A stretch of DNA of 64,000 nucleotides from Podarcis muralis (GCF_964188315.1 NC_135662.1:61690001-61754000); one strand, 5' to 3'. Shown: positions 1 to 13,245, counted from the stretch's first letter. A program made the numbers and translations. The notes: generated by a model not told the origin, from the sequence alone.

Positions 1-319
1 GGGCAAAAACTAATACAGTAATGGCAAAGTGCATCTACAGGGAAGCATTTGCTTGTGATTCAACAGAAAGCTAAGAAGAACCAAGGGAGAGCTTCTGGTT
101 TTTTTGCAGCTTTCTGTTCCCCTCTCTGAGAATAGTTAGAAGCACACTGGAATGCTGCAGAGGAAACTGGGAGCAAATTAAATTCCAAAGCACCAGGGTA
201 ATTTTCTGCATGCCCTTCTGCTGCTAATATTGTGTACTGCATAGGACTAGCTCCAGACATGGTGATGTCAGGCATTTGCTGACATCTCCTGCTTACACCA
301 ACAGAACTTCCATGCTTAC

Positions 320-1400
320 TTTGCACTAAGCAGCCAAGAAGGTCAATGGCAGCATGAGGGAACTCTTGGTTTGTGTTTCCCACTTCTGCAGGTTAAGGGA
401 GTGCCTTCTAAGAGGACTCTCAAAGTCAATATACGTGTCCGGAGGTGAAATCCCTGCCATATTTCCTATTGGACTTCCCTTCTGGGAACCAAGAATTTCT
501 GGAATTTGAGAGGATGTTGTACTGTCTCAGTCTTTGCAAAGTCATGTTATGTCTGACACATTATGTCGCCTATTCTTACTAGCAGCACAGACAGTTGTTG
601 CCTTTTTAGCAGAAAATGAATATTTGTTTATATATAAAGGGCTTGATCTGGTAATTTGCAGGGGTGGTGAACTGCAAAAAGGGCTTAAGAATTACATAAT
701 AAGCAGTTGAAGTAACTGTAATAACATTGACTAATTTCCCAGATAAGAAGGCAATAAAAATTTGCAAAAAGATATAGTTGTGATTAAAAGGTTGCAGGCA
801 GATTGCTACCTTAATGAATGGAAAAACATTTTTTGTTAAGCAAACTGTTGGTGTGGCAGGGAGCTAAATACAAAGTCAATTTCACATAGGGCAATAGGAC
901 ATTACATCTGTAAAAGGTAAAGGACCCCGCCTAGACAGTTAAGTCCAGTCAAAGGCAACTGTGGGGTTGCGGTGCTCATCTCGCTTTCAGGCCGAGGGAG
1001 CCGGCGTTTGTCCACAGACAGCTTTCCGGGTCATGTGGCCAGCATGACTAAACCGCTTCTGGAGCAACAGGACACCGTGATGAATGCTAGAGCACACGGA
1101 AACACCTGTAATCCTAAACCCATTAACTTGGTTATAAGTCCCATTGAACTCACTGGAACTTCCTTTAGAGAAGACATGGGTAGGATTATATTGTAAAAGT
1201 GCCTTTTGCATTGCTATCATACCAGCTTTCAAATGAAAAATCTGCATAGGTCAGATTTATTTTTTATTTATTTATGTAACCTGCGATGCAGAATTTTCAA
1301 TAATCTTTACCTTAATATGCCCTGAACTTTTACACATTCACATTATTTTACATATGAGAGCTGTTGAAATTGAATCCTTACAGTGCAGTCAGTGTAAAAC

Positions 1401-1435
<35 letters not shown>

Positions 1436-4400
1436 CAGAGAGACACAGAAGTGCTGCTGGGTTTTTCGTGTTATCTTGCTCAACCTTGTACTGAGGGTCA
1501 GAAAAGCCTTTACATTAAAAATTGACATACAAACTGAAAAGGAGTTTTAAGCATGACCACATATGTTAATGCCCTGCCAGTCAGCCACAGTCAGCATGCT
1601 CGATGGTCAGGGATCATGGGAGTTGTAGTCCAAAAAAACCTTGGGAAACACCATGTTGACTACTTTTTGTCTGCCCTATTCCCACAGGGGTCCAAGCAGT
1701 CCAGCCATTACTTGTGCTCTTTTTACACCTGCATACTTTCCTTTTTCGAGATTTGGAAAAAATGTAGTATGTCTCACTACCTACAATTGGATTGCAAGCC
1801 ACCAAAATTCACATTTCAGCAACGTTACAGTTGGGAAAAGGACATGCATTCCGATCCTTAATGTGTGACAGAAAGTCTACAGGTAATTACTTCCTTTTCA
1901 TATTCTTCCAGGAGGGGTTTCTGCTGCTCCTATCATCCACTGACCCAGAACACCAGCTAGAAAACAGCATCTCCTCTAGACGTTAGACAGTGAAAGACAG
2001 AGGCATCTTGTCTTATCACACAGACTTTCACACCCGGTACATCCTGCGGGTCTGATGAAAGACAGGCTACTTGGGTGGTGTCCAAAGGTAACTTGTACAC
2101 TGCTGGAAGGGAAGCTGCTAGCAGAACGGGACAGAAAGTGACTTTGGGCAATCCTTTCTCTCCTCCTCCCCCAGCACCCTCACAAAATCTGCTCAATCGG
2201 ATTGGGGGGACCCTCTGGAACAGATTAGTGGGGTGCAGGGTCCTTTAGGGGCAAGGGAAATGCCACTCTTCTTGTTCTAATGGATTCCCATCTGTCTGTG
2301 CACAGTCACTGCTGGATACTGTCCATATTTTTGATACTGATCATGAATTGCACCATTGGGTGGAAGGGTCAGGGCCGAAGGCAGTGCATCCCGTTTCACT
2401 GCTTAAGGCTGCCCCACCAGAGAAGTGGTGCCAGCATTGGCCCCAATTTCTGGGAAGATCTTACACACTCCCAATGCCCTGGGCCTGTTCAGGGCATATG
2501 ATCTCATGCTTAGGGTAAGTTACCTGCCCTTCTGAGCTCTTCTCCAGATTTTAAATTTTTTTAAAAACATAACCTTTTACTCCGATTCCTCACCCATGGT
2601 TACTTACAACCAAAGCCTAAGCACACCACAGCAGCATCTGCTCACATTCAGGCCTTGCCATCCTCAACTCTTCCACCCCACACATCCTCTCTATCCTCAC
2701 TATCAATGCTTAACTTCAAAATGTATTGAGGACAAGGGTTTGTCTCTTGCTTATGGAAGTTTCCAGGGTGCCATGTATGTTGATGATTCTCTGTGCATCA
2801 ATCAACCTCACTGCTGCAAGCTGGGAGGGAATCGGCTACGGCAAGTTGGTGCAAATAGCAGCTTCAGAAGAGAGACTTCGCTCAGTATCACAACAAAGGA
2901 GAAAAGATTTTAAAAATTCCCTTCCACACCTGCTGTGGTTTCAATAATTGCCACCCACCCTCAGCTGATTCTGTCTGTATTTAAACCAACCTGCTTGCAA
3001 AGATGTGTTTAACCTCACATCTTTTTGGACTTCATTTGACCAGATGTATTTGCAATGCTATGTATTTGCAATGGTAGAAAACCCACTCCACAGTACGGAT
3101 GTGGTGTGAGATTGAGGATCTGTATTCATTCATGGAAGCAGCAGCTGACAAACACATTCCTAAATATCTATTTGTGGTTTAGGATTGGTGCATAAAATAC
3201 ACAAGGTAGCCTTTTTCTTTTCTTAATTAAAGGTACTTTTATTGATGCAAAGATTTCCGTTGCACCGAATTTCGCCAGCAAAGAAAATGGGAAAAGAGCT
3301 AGGGTGTACAGTTTCACAAAAGGCTGTGGTTGTCCCCTGCTGGCCAAACTACAGTATTACATTTTGTTTTCATAGGCTGAAATTTGGTAATCGGCCTGAA
3401 GTTCTCACAAAACGAGGCAAAAGTATTTAAATTAGAAAGCAAACTTGCTTCTTACATTACAGGAAATATCCCCCCCCCGATGTTTGGATAACCATTTCTA
3501 TATACCTCAAAAGCATTCTTAAATCAACATAATCTGGTCCAAAAAAAGAAACCATCTTACCATTTTCCTTCTTGAATCCTATTATTACCAACACAGCAGC
3601 AACTGTAAATAAAACTCCCTTCCTCCACCCAAAAATCCAGTGAATACAGATATTCTTTCTTCAAACGTGGAAGCAACAAGACAGTCATCAAGTTTGCGCT
3701 GGGAAGCAGAAAGCTTTATACTCTCCACATCAAAGGAATTCCCTGGACATACAAAACTGGCTTGCCACTGTGGAAGAAGTATCCTTCTTATCTAGCCAAT
3801 GTGTAAGGAGTTTTGTTTTTAATGTGTAAGGAGTTTTGTTTTTCAAATTTATGATTCTCCATATTTCTCATTATTTTCCAATCTGCATGCAGTTTTGACA
3901 AATTACATAGTTTACAGGCAATTTCCCCATGTATAATGCATTTTTATGTTGTTGTTGTTTTTACTAATGTATGCATTTATATGCACACTTTACCCTAATA
4001 CATGCATTTTATTTTATATTTTTGCACATATTGCTTGGCTGGAGAATTGCAGTGCAAAATTCTGAAAAGTGCGGATTTTGAAGGATGGCTATGTTTCAGT
4101 TCGCATCTTGTTTCAGAAACTGCAAATCCGGTAAGTTCAGCTTTAGGTACGAGCTGAATCAAATTTCCATCATAACCTATTCCAAAGCCCCTTCCAGATG
4201 CCCTGTTCATTCCAGAGCATTCATATGGATTAATTTCCAGGGAGGTTAGACTGGCATAGTGCTAAGCAAGTTTTCACCCACACAGTTTTCTCCTACAATT
4301 CCAGTGCATTTTCTTTATTACAAAAAAGTCCATGTTTGTTGCACAAGAGCTCCAAATCAGGTATAGTTGCACAACTGGAATTTCTCAGTCTTTAAGGGAT

Positions 4401-5895
4401 ACATGAAAAGAGTGAGAGCCTAGAATAGCTCCCAATTTCCTAACCATGGTTAAGAGAGCAGAAGCATCTTAATTTTATTCATTCGTTTATTACTAGATGC
4501 ATATCCACCCATCAACACATATGAACCTTTGACAACCTATAGGACAAACCTTGGGGACTTGCAATACTCCTCCTTCTTGTGTGCTAGTACACCCTTACCC
4601 TTTCCCTTTTAATTTTCCAAGCTAACCATGGTGCAGAATTACATATGTGAAGTTGTGCTAACCACAGCTACGGCTAGCGAAAATGCTGGTACAGATGCTG
4701 TGATACAGTAACATAAAGGACCCCTGACCATTAGGTCCAGTCGTGGCCGACTCTGGGGTTGCAGCGCTCATCTCGCTTTATTGGCCGAGGGAGCCGGTGT
4801 ACAGCTTCCGGGTCATGTGGCCAGCATGACTAAGCCGCTTCTGGCGAACCAGAGCAGCGCACGGAAACACCGTTTACCTTCCCGCCGGAGTGGTACCTAT
4901 TTATCTACTTGCACTTTGACGTGCTTTCAAACTGCTAGGTTGGCAAGAGCAGGGACCGAACAATGGGAGCTCACCCCATCACAGGGATTCGAACCGCTGA
5001 CCTTCTGATCGGCAAGTCCTAGGCTCTGTGGTTTAACCCACATACTTAGCTTCAAAAATGAAAGGCAGGCGGGGAAATAACAGGTAAGTCCAGGGGATGC
5101 TCCCAATCTCCTAATCATGTCCAGGAAACTGAGCAGCTTCTAGTCTACATCAGGATATGGTCCAGCAAGAGATAAATCAAGTGAGTCTGCTGGCTGTGTA
5201 TTTTGCCCCTAAGCTTGCGTTTTCACTTTAAAATTATGCCATTCCATTTAACCAATCTCATGTTTTCCTCAGCATTAAGAGGGGGGGGGGAAACTATTTT
5301 AAAATAGCAGATAAGAGCAAAGAGAATATGGCAGTGGGAAAATATGCCACAAATTATATTGCTGTCAAAACTCTGAGAATGCACTTTGAGAAATAACAGG
5401 AATCAAGAGGCCCACAGCTGTGTGATGTGAAATGATAAGGAACTGCCATCCTAATCACAGAATCATAGAATCAAATACATTCCTTCCTCCCCTCCAAATA
5501 AACAGCACCTGCGGGATATATTTTGGCTGCAATTGCCTTTTGTTACTCTCGATTGTAAGGGAAGACTTGAGGTGAATCCATGTGCAATTAGCAGATCGGT
5601 AGGTAGGGTTTGTTGAACAGGAAGCAAAGAGTGCTAAGAGAGTTCTAAATCACAGTTGTTAGCAGTCTGTCAACACTGCACACTCCAGGGCTTTCTCTCC
5701 AATCCAGTGAATACAGGGGATGGTGGTAGGATATTAATCTCTGAGTCTATTTCAGACTAACTGGTGCACTTTGAGAAGTAAAAATATACAAGAAAACCCT
5801 TCTTCCCATGGCGTATCCCATGTTGAAAGAATGTTGTCTAAATGCCTATTTTAGGATCAGTTGGTGTTCTGTCCATCCACTTACTTACTTACTTA

Positions 5896-5943
<48 letters not shown>

Positions 5944-8900
5944 TTCTTAGCCACTATGTAAACTTTTCATAGAAAGACAAAGGAACTACATTCACTCCTG
6001 CTGTGTTGGGAACATGCTGGCTTGTTTTCCCTTTCAGGTTACTGCAATGTCTGTTTGCAGACATTTTACAGAAAGTCCTATCTACAAACTGAATGTTTCA
6101 CATTCTAGTTACTAATGAAAAATTGCGTAGAACAATCTCTTTAAAAGAGGACTGGTGCAACAGCTCACTGAAGAAGCTGATCAAGAATAAATCGTACTCC
6201 TCAGAATTCTCATCCAGAGTACAGGAGTACAACTTCTATAGAAGAATGGGCTAAAAAGTTAAACTACAGGGGCAGAAATAATATAGATCTTAAATCGAGA
6301 AGGGGGGGAGCAGACACCCATACAGGGAATAGGTCTTAAACAAGAAATTGGTCTGAAACAAACGCAAAATGACATTTCTTCACATAAGACAATGCTGATC
6401 TGTAGAACTCATTGCTGCAATGCTTTTGTGCCAAACTGGAAATGCAGAGTTCATTCAGAAGGAAGTTGCCATTTAGTATGGGGGCACTTTTGTGCACTGG
6501 AGATCTGCAGGCCTATTATGGCAATGGTAAGGGACCTAAATAGTTCCTAAATTAGGGTTACCAGATGTCCCCGGTTCCCAGGGACAGTCCCCAGATTTGC
6601 AAATCTGTCCCCGGACAAATTCCGTCCCCAGAATGTCCCCAGAATTGCAAATCTGTCCCCGGGAAACATAGCAGTGGCAGCCTCAGCAGCCCGGAGCCAG
6701 CTTAGTAGCGCAGTTGGCTCTGGCTGGCTTCAGGAGCTGCTCGCTGCTTGCTGCCGTGGCACCCACCATTTTCCTGAGCCACAGCAGCAAGCAGCTCCTG
6801 AAACCAGCCAGAGCCAGCTGCACTACCGGGCTGGCCCCTCCTGAGCAACGGCCGCCCACTCGCGACTCCTGAGCCTCCCCCAATCTGTCAAAACAAAGGG
6901 GGAAGGAGATCGGGGAAGGCTCAGGAGTCACAGGTGGGCGGCGCGCCGTTGCCCAGTTTTATAAAAAAACCCTCTGTGCATTTATGTTTCACAGAGTGCG
7001 AAAGAAGGGCTTTGCACCTTTATACAATATGCATGTGTGCTTGGGCCCAGGGTCTTTTGCCTCACCATCCCCACTACTGACTCCCTGTTGCTACTCAGCT
7101 CCAAAAAGAAAAAGTGTCCCCGGATTCATTGGGGAAAAAATCTGATAGCCGTATCCTAAATATAATTGGACTCCAACTCCCATCACCCCTGCTGGCAGGG
7201 GCTAATGGGAGTTGGACTCCTAGCCCACCATCCCTGCCTTCTGGGGTCCATGTTCTGGGATCATCTGGCCCAAACAGAAATTCCTGTGCAGCCATGCCCC
7301 CCGGCTTGCGATATGGGTCAGACACCGTTGACACCAATGACTGGGTATGTTTAACATCAACCTGAGTCTAATTGTCCACAGTTTTTGTGGCTGAATGTTT
7401 AGCAGGTTCTTTTAATATGAATCATCAGAATGACATTCCTTATAAAATCCCGAGGGACCTTTTGTTGCAACAGTTGGATTGTTTGAAATGTTCAGCTTCT
7501 CCAAATCTTCCTGATAAGGGGAAAACAAACTTCTCTGTACAAGATGACTTTAGACAGGAAGCCTAGGTTTCAGACCTTCTTCAAAAGTACGCATTTTATT
7601 TGCCTTCATTGCTGTATGTGGTCATACTGGCTCACTGTTTGCAAATGCCTGTGCAATGATTCTGTTGCTGACAACATTTGTGACTCAGGGGTTTCTCTTG
7701 TGAGGAAATAACATTTGTTAGCACAGTGCACTGAGTTACAGAAATTCATTCACATGAGACAACAACATAAACAGTCACCCACAATGATAGACAGTAAACA
7801 GCTGTGAACATATTTACAAGCCAATTTAATGCTGTTTGCTGAGAAACTGGAAAGAACAAAAAAAATGAAAAATTGGTATTGAATTTGCAAAATAACAGGA
7901 AATCACACACACACAAATACACAGACACAAGCGCTGGTGCCAGACTTGGGGGGTCCCTTGGCACCATCCCAAATGTGGCTGCTTTGGTTAGCTAAACAAG
8001 CCAGATTCATAACCCATGATTTGAAATTGGTATGCAATGCCAGGCGAAGTTAAGGCAAAAAATGAAACTAAACACTGAGTGAACGTTCTCCTTTTGGGTG
8101 TGTGTGTGTGCATGAATTCATGGGTTCTAAGATCCAAGTTGGAGCTAAACATTCAGCTACAAAAACTGTGGCCAATTAGATTCCGGTCAATGTTAAACTC
8201 TCCTAGTCTGAAAACTTAGGTGAGGCAAAGCTTTCCTCAAGTGGGCATTGAGTTGAAGCGGTTATGTATTTCTCATGTTTAAAATTATTATTTAAGGCAT
8301 TTCAGGCATGGCATATGGCATGCCCATTTAACAGCAGCAGCTACCATATTCTGTTGGATAGATATCTCTATTAACCTGGCCTTTATAAGGGAAGGGACTT
8401 AGCCAATTTTCTTTCTTTCTTTTTTAATACAACGCCTCCTCCCCTTGAGAAACATCACTTTAATAATGAAGGATTTAACTCCTGTTGTATCTTCTTTCCT
8501 ACTGTATCCCCACAGAAAACAAACAAGGATCTTTGCTGCTTTCATTGTGATGGTTTTTAGCCAAAATGTGGAATCCTGTTGTTCAGCTCTAGTTTCTTCT
8601 TATCCCTGCTCTTATGGACCCCTGTGTACTTGATAATTCTCCTCAACCTCTCAGCAGCTTTTCATACCCTCAACCATGATATCCTTCTGGAGCAGCTGTC
8701 CATGTTAGGAGTGGGTGGCACTGCTTTGTGGTGGTTCAAGTCTTACATGGATGGTCATTTCCAGAGGGTGAGGTTTGGGGAGTGCTCTTCAGCCCCATGG
8801 AGCCTTCAATGTGGTGTTCTGATTTTATCCCCCATGCTTTTTAAAATCTACATGAAACCACCGAGTGGGGTTATCCAGAGTTTTGGAGTGTGTCGTCAGC

Positions 8901-11647
8901 AAGATGCTGATGACACACAGCTCTACTTCTCCTTTACATCCTCAGGTGTAGCAGTGCATGTGCTGAACCTCAATAATGGGATGGACGAGAGCCAATAAGC
9001 TGAAGGTTAATCCAGATAAGTGGGTGGTTCCCTAGACTGGATGGATGGGAGGTTGCCTGCTCTTGATGGGGTTGCACTCCCTCCGAAGGAGACCTTCAGG
9101 CATGGCTGCTGGCAAAGTGGGCAAGGAACATACCCATAATGATGAGTTGCTCAAAACTGCAACTAAATGTAAGGTTGAGGAAGGGTCATAGCTCAGTGGC
9201 CGAGCATGATCCTTGTATGCAAAAGCTTCAATCCCTGGCATCTCCAGGCAGGGCTGGGAATGACCCCTGTCTGAAACCCTGGAGAGCCACTGCCAGTTAG
9301 TGTAGACAATGCTCTGACTCTGTGTAAGGCAGCTTCCTATGTACCTATGTAAGCACACACGGAGAAGAATACAATCATTGGCCCGTGTACGATAAAAACT
9401 ATGCCAGACCTTAGAAGCAGTTGTGCGCGCATTGCGGTGGGAGTCCAAAGGGTTTGGAAACCCATTGTTACCTTCCAATTTCATAGAGTATATTGGCAGG
9501 CACCAGCTCTGCCTTTTCCTGTTCTTCAAAGATCAGAGCGTCCGCGAAGGGAAAACCCTGGCTGCAAGACTACCTCCCGGCTTTCTCTTTCCTAGCAAGC
9601 ACATGCTGCCGCCGCCTTACAAGAGTGTAAAATAATAATAAAAAGTCTCTCCTGTTCCTTTTCCTCCCAAGGTGCAAAGGGTGCTTACTGGGGCAGAAGC
9701 TCCCTGTGCTCTGAATATTCAGCTGGAATGCAAGCAGGAAATTCATAATGCCAACAGGGCACGTCCTAGCGCCTCTGCCTTCCTATCAGTGTCTTGCCCT
9801 GAGCGGCGTGGACTTCGTGACTTTCTCCATGCAGTGACAACATTTCATGGGGCATGATGGACAGCCTTCCTTTGATGCCAGAAAGGTCCGTGATAGATTC
9901 CTCATGCCATCCCGTAAAAGAGGCTCCAACATAGCACCTTCCAAACCAAAGAGTGTGGAAAACAATACAGCATGTACTTGGGTTCATAAACATTCTTCAT
10001 TACACAAAGGGCATTTCAAACGCAGCGTGATACGGCTTGACCTTAAAAAGCTATAGACAAACTAGCGGAGCGCAGACGATTTCATAAAGTATAATCACTT
10101 CCTGGAATTCTTGGGGCAGCATAGCCGGAGCCATGCAATTCCTGTTTTCTTTGCGTTGTTTCCTGCGTGTGAATATCATCAGTTTACCGAGGCTTGTAAC
10201 CATGGCACTTGTTAAACAAGAGCGGAAAGACTTCTGATAAAAGCCATCCTGTATGAGACTTTCAAGGATTTTCCGGATGGGAACAACCTGGCTGTGCCAG
10301 CCATCCTTTCATATGTACATATGTACCAGCACAATTACTGTAGGTTCTTGAGGACACCATCATTTCTAAACATCACCAATACGGGACATAAAGAAACTAC
10401 GTTCAAATTCCCACTCAGGCGCAAGCTACATGTTGCATGGAAGATCATAGCATCATAGGATAATTGTAGAGTTGGAAGGGACCCCAAGGGTCATCTAGTC
10501 CAACCCCTTTCAATGCAAGAATCTCAACCTAGGAATCCATGACAGATGGCCATCCAACCTCTGCTTAAAAATGTCCAAGGAAAGAGAGTCCTGAGGGAGA
10601 CCGTTCCATTGTCGATCTACCATTTGATCTCCCAATATGTATCTACAGCAATTACTCTGATGATCCTGCTATTCAACTCACTGATGGGGGGAAAGGCAGC
10701 CATCCATATTGTACCCAACTTCCCCACTGTATGGTTAATAGCTTTGGAGGTGGGAGGAGTAAAGAAAGATAGAAAAAAGACATTTGTACATCTGATCCCT
10801 GATCTCCCCAGTAATCTAACCATCATGGATTAACTTGGTGACCTTGGTGGTTGTTCTCTACTTCTATTGTGGGGAAAACATTAAGTAGCTACCACTGTTA
10901 GTAACTAGGCCAGAGATGGGGGACCTGTGGCTCTCCAGATGTTGCTGGAATGCAAGTCCCACCATCCATCACCACTGGTCATGCTTGGCTGGAGTGATAG
11001 ATGCTGGACTTCAACAACATCTGGAAGACCACAGTTTCCCCAGCCCTCACCTGGACACTAGATGTAGGCCTATCTGGACACTCCCAGATCACTATCCTTG
11101 GAGCTAATCCTAGGGTTGGCTAGGATTAGACAGGATAACTTAATTCCAAAACCATCTTCTTGGAAGAGGGTGAGGTGGTGTATCAGACCAAAGGTGCAGC
11201 TAGCTTACAATAACTCTATAACCAATATTCACCAACCAGGTGCTCAAGAGGAGCTCTGAAGTAGGGTAAAATGATAAGCACCAGAAGTCAATAAAGCTCA
11301 ACACTGAACTACCATGTTCAGCTACAATACCTAACTGACATTTTGAATACCTTCCTTCCATGCATTAAAGTGGCTGGCTTCGCATGTGATGGATGTGCTT
11401 GCTATACAGTGAGATTGCAAAACAGTACTGCACATGACTATATTAGCTGAATTCACTTTGTATATCTCCAGAGTAAATGTGGCATACCACCATGACTTGT
11501 TTGAATATTGCTTCCAGAGAAGCGTTGAGCTACCAAGACATTTAGGGGTTTAGCCAATACTTGTCCTACCCAAAGTAGATGTATTGAAATTAATGGGCAT
11601 GGCAAACTGAGAATCATTAATTTTCATAGGTTTAAGTAAAATTGCAA
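320..11647 (-). CDS. Speculative chain of small coding exons of an unidentified gene (11647-11570, 11401-11351, 10741-10682, 9523-9472, 7846-7779, 3602-3561, 385-320)
   Basis: Hand-picked AG/GT-bounded segments whose phases join without stops: ...INHTVGKLGTIWMAAFPPIKQEKAELVPANILYEIGSFSANSIKLACKYVHSCLLSIIVVAAVLVIIGFKKENEVGNTNQEFPHAAIDLLGCLVQ. Some splice sites are strong (e.g. ttttatttacag/ and ATG/gtaaga at 3602-3561). No homolog recognised. Confidence 0.25.
911..1106 (-). mobile_element. Sauria SINE, 5'-truncated
   Basis: Reverse complement of the (ACCTTT)n tail (aaaggtaaagg) plus the conserved body; tRNA head absent. Confidence 0.85.
4714..5042 (-). mobile_element. Sauria SINE
   Basis: Near full-length match to other copies; B-box GGTTCGAATCC on the minus strand (gggattcgaacc on plus). 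Confidence 0.9.
5899..5941. repeat. (CA)n microsatellite
   Basis: Pure CA run. Confidence 0.95.
6140..6470 (+). mobile_element. Old CR1 LINE 3' fragment
   Basis: Degenerate similarity to the CR1 3' region (catttcttcacataagac...tgtagaactcattgc), as in the copy near 12900. Confidence 0.4.
6553..6955 (+). mobile_element. GC-rich hAT-like (Tip100/Blackjack-type terminus) non-autonomous fragment with internal hairpins
   Basis: Starts TAGGGTTACCAGATGTCC and has repeated gtcccc subterminal motifs; no right TIR seen. Confidence 0.55.
8600..9110 (+). mobile_element. L2-clade LINE reverse transcriptase fragment (degenerate)
   Basis: ORF 8579-8998 reads LILLNLSAAFHTLNHDILLEQL...WFKSY...ILSPMLFKIYMKP...ADDTQLY, matching RT motifs LDLSAAFDT and YADDTQLY. 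Confidence 0.85.
9186..9345 (+). mobile_element. tRNA-derived squamate SINE (Squam2-like)
   Basis: A-box tagctcagtgg, body ggcatctccagg...gaaaccctggagagccactgccag...gtgtagacaat, tail aaggcagcttcctatgt. Related copies at about 36838-36995(-), 46985-47140(-) and 55905-56070(+). Confidence 0.7.
10908..11047. mobile_element. Palindromic hAT (Charlie-like) MITE, diverged
   Basis: gggacctgtggctctccagatgttgctgg...ccagcatc...caacatctggaagaccacagtttcccca; self-complementary. Confidence 0.65.
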
Positions 11648-11761
11648 CTATTAAAAAAACCAAATAGGTGGTCTATATCTTTAAAGTATCTGTCTCTTGA
11701 TGCTATATTGTACATAGACTTCCTTCGGCAAAGGAAGGAATTTGAATTCCTTCAAAATTGC

Positions 11762-11762
<1 letters not shown>

Positions 11763-11813
<51 letters not shown>
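11763..11813. repeat. Compound (TG)n(AG)n microsatellite
   Basis: Direct reading. Confidence 0.95.
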
Positions 11814-11816
<3 letters not shown>

Positions 11817-12254
11817 CTAAAACATTTCAATTCTTCTGGAATTAGGCACATGCAGTACCAATCCCCACACCTCAGCTCTAAATTAAGATGACATACTTTA
11901 ATTTTTAAGCCAATTACATTTCACTGACATCAAGTTGCTGTTGGTACTGACGTCAATCGGACTGAACTGGCCAAAATTCCAGTTTCTGTCTGGACACGGT
12001 TGGGGATCAAGCTGTTTAATTGTTCCATTTCAGCTCATAACTGTATCAATCCTGACTTTGTACACAGCAATGTACGGTAGGAGCATGATGTGCTGATAGC
12101 AGATTTTTGTAGCAAGTTTTTATTTATTTATAGTTGTACCCACAAATGCCCTTTTGGAAAAGCATCCGAGAGACTCAGACTGCAATCCTATATGCACTTA
12201 TTTGAAAACAAGCCCAGGTAAAGCAACAAAGACTTCTCAGCAGTTATGGAATGA

Positions 12255-13245
12255 GAGGAGAAGCCCTTTTGTGGATCAGGAACTAGTTACCGTAAGTACC
12301 AGGAAGCAGAGAGTAGGAATAAATGGACTTTCTCTCAATGGAGGGATGTAGAAAGTGAAGTCCACCAAGGATCAGTATTGAGAGCTTTCTAACTTGTTCA
12401 TAATAATCTAGAGTGAGGGGTGAATACTGAAGAGACCACATTCAGTGATGATACCAAGAAGTTCTAGGCCGTTAAAACAAAAATGATTCTGATGAACAAC
12501 TAAAGGACCTCACCAAACTCAGTGAATGGGCTGTAAAACGGCAAATGCAATGTAGTAGAGGGCATTGCAGAGTTGGAAAAATTTCAGAAAAGGGCAATCA
12601 AAAAGATCAAGGGGAGAAACTCCCCTACGAGGAAAGAAAACAGAATTTGCAGGGGGGGGTTTAGTTTAGAGATTCGTTTCCCAAATTTGGGTCTCCAGCT
12701 GTTTTTTGGACTACAGTTCCCATAATCCCTGACCCCTGGTCCTGCTAGCTAGGGATGATGGGAGTTGTAGTCCAAAAACAGCTGGAGATTCAAGTTTGAG
12801 AAACCCTGGTTTAGAGAAAAAGTGAGTATTTTATGGGAGGGGGGACACTAGAACTCATGGGCATCCAATGAAGTTGAATGTTGGAAGATTCAGGACAGAC
12901 AAAGGGGTGTACCTTTCCATCCATCACATAGTTAAACTATGGAATTTGCTCCCACAAGAGGCAGTGATGGCAACGAACTTGGGTGGCTTTAAAAGAGGAG
13001 TGGACAAATTCATGGAGGGTGAGGATATCCATGTCTGCTCATCATGTTGGATATGTTCTACTCCACCGTTGGAGGCAGAACGCCTCTGAATACCAGTTGT
13101 TGGGAATCACAAGCGAGTAGAGTCCTCTTGCCCCCAAGTCCTGCTTTTGGATTTCCCACAGGTATCAGGTTGTCCACTGTGAAATCAGGATGCTGGACTA
13201 GATGGGTCACTGGTATGATCCAGCAAGGCTGTTCTTATATAATTC
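12255..13245 (+). mobile_element. CR1 LINE 3' fragment interrupted by a hAT MITE
   Basis: Translates to QRVGINGxFSQWRDVESEVHQGSVL-like RT and MKLNVGRFRTDK...HIVKLWNLLPQEAVMATNLGGFKRGVDKFME C-terminus, followed by 3' UTR ending gctgttcttat. Confidence 0.85.
12672..12808. mobile_element. Palindromic hAT MITE inside CR1
   Basis: ggactacagttcccataatccc...gggatgatgggagttgtagtcc palindrome; 8-bp TSD GTTTAGAG at 12664-12671 and 12809-12816. Confidence 0.85.

Noticed and set aside
6038-6108. YCNVCLQTFYRKSYL zinc-finger-like peptide after a good plus-strand acceptor
   Set aside because: It lacks the histidine ligands, hits a stop after about 23 codons and has no donor.
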